A stretch of 46,902 nucleotides of DNA from Jimgerdemannia flammicorona (lineage: Eukaryota), in NCBI GenBank assembly GCA_003990765.1, contig RBNJ01000050.1, positions 1 to 46,902 of the forward strand, given 5' to 3'. Shown here in pieces: positions 46,831 to 46,902 of this stretch. The notes under the pieces were generated by a model. It saw nothing but the letters and a program-made list of their open reading frames with translations. It was not told the DNA's origin and made no database searches. The position numbers and the translations under genes were made by a program. Within the stretch, counting starts at the first letter, position 1, and each line of letters starts with the position of its first letter.

Positions 46831-46902
46831 TCAGATAGGGGGTGGGATCATTGTAATTATATGGGATAGATGGGTTTAATAAAGGAAGGGAGTCCACGCG
46901 AA

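Larger units (their letters stand above)
43287..46902 (-). mobile_element. E4: younger Ty3/gypsy element, 3' part (integrase, PPT, ~2.5-kb 3' LTR)
   Basis: Sharp switch to CpG-containing sequence at 43287; integrase motifs; PPT-like AAGGAGCAGA followed by TGTGACG at 45773; LTR promoter core shared with E1. Confidence 0.88.

Overview
This window is a eukaryotic, probably fungal, nest of retrotransposons. I see no host gene, RNA gene or CRISPR array. Old, very AT-rich Ty1/copia relics are the substrate. Inserted into them are four related Ty3/gypsy elements (E1 277-6979 +; E2 8107-16807 -; E3 36861-40394 +, 5'-truncated; E4 43287-46902 -, partial). There is also a gypsy gag-protease relic (E5), a gypsy solo LTR, two full-length L1-clade LINEs and two tiny LINE 3' stubs. 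Almost all decay is C>T/G>A, so ancestral reading frames can be read through the stop codons. The gypsy group has an unusual, complex-retrovirus-like organisation. (1) One gag-PR-Cys/His motif-dUTPase-RT-RNaseH frame. (2) Integrase in a separate +1 frame at an identically spaced CCC-TGA-N25-ATGaaTAA junction in all three copies that cover it. (3) An uncharacterised accessory ORF family. It lies between integrase and the PPT in E1, but inside U3 of the 1.45-2.5 kb LTRs in E2, E3 and E4, where it has an acidic tail and (in E2 and E4) is followed by short repeated motifs. All alignments were done by eye and boundaries of the most decayed copia pieces are approximate.
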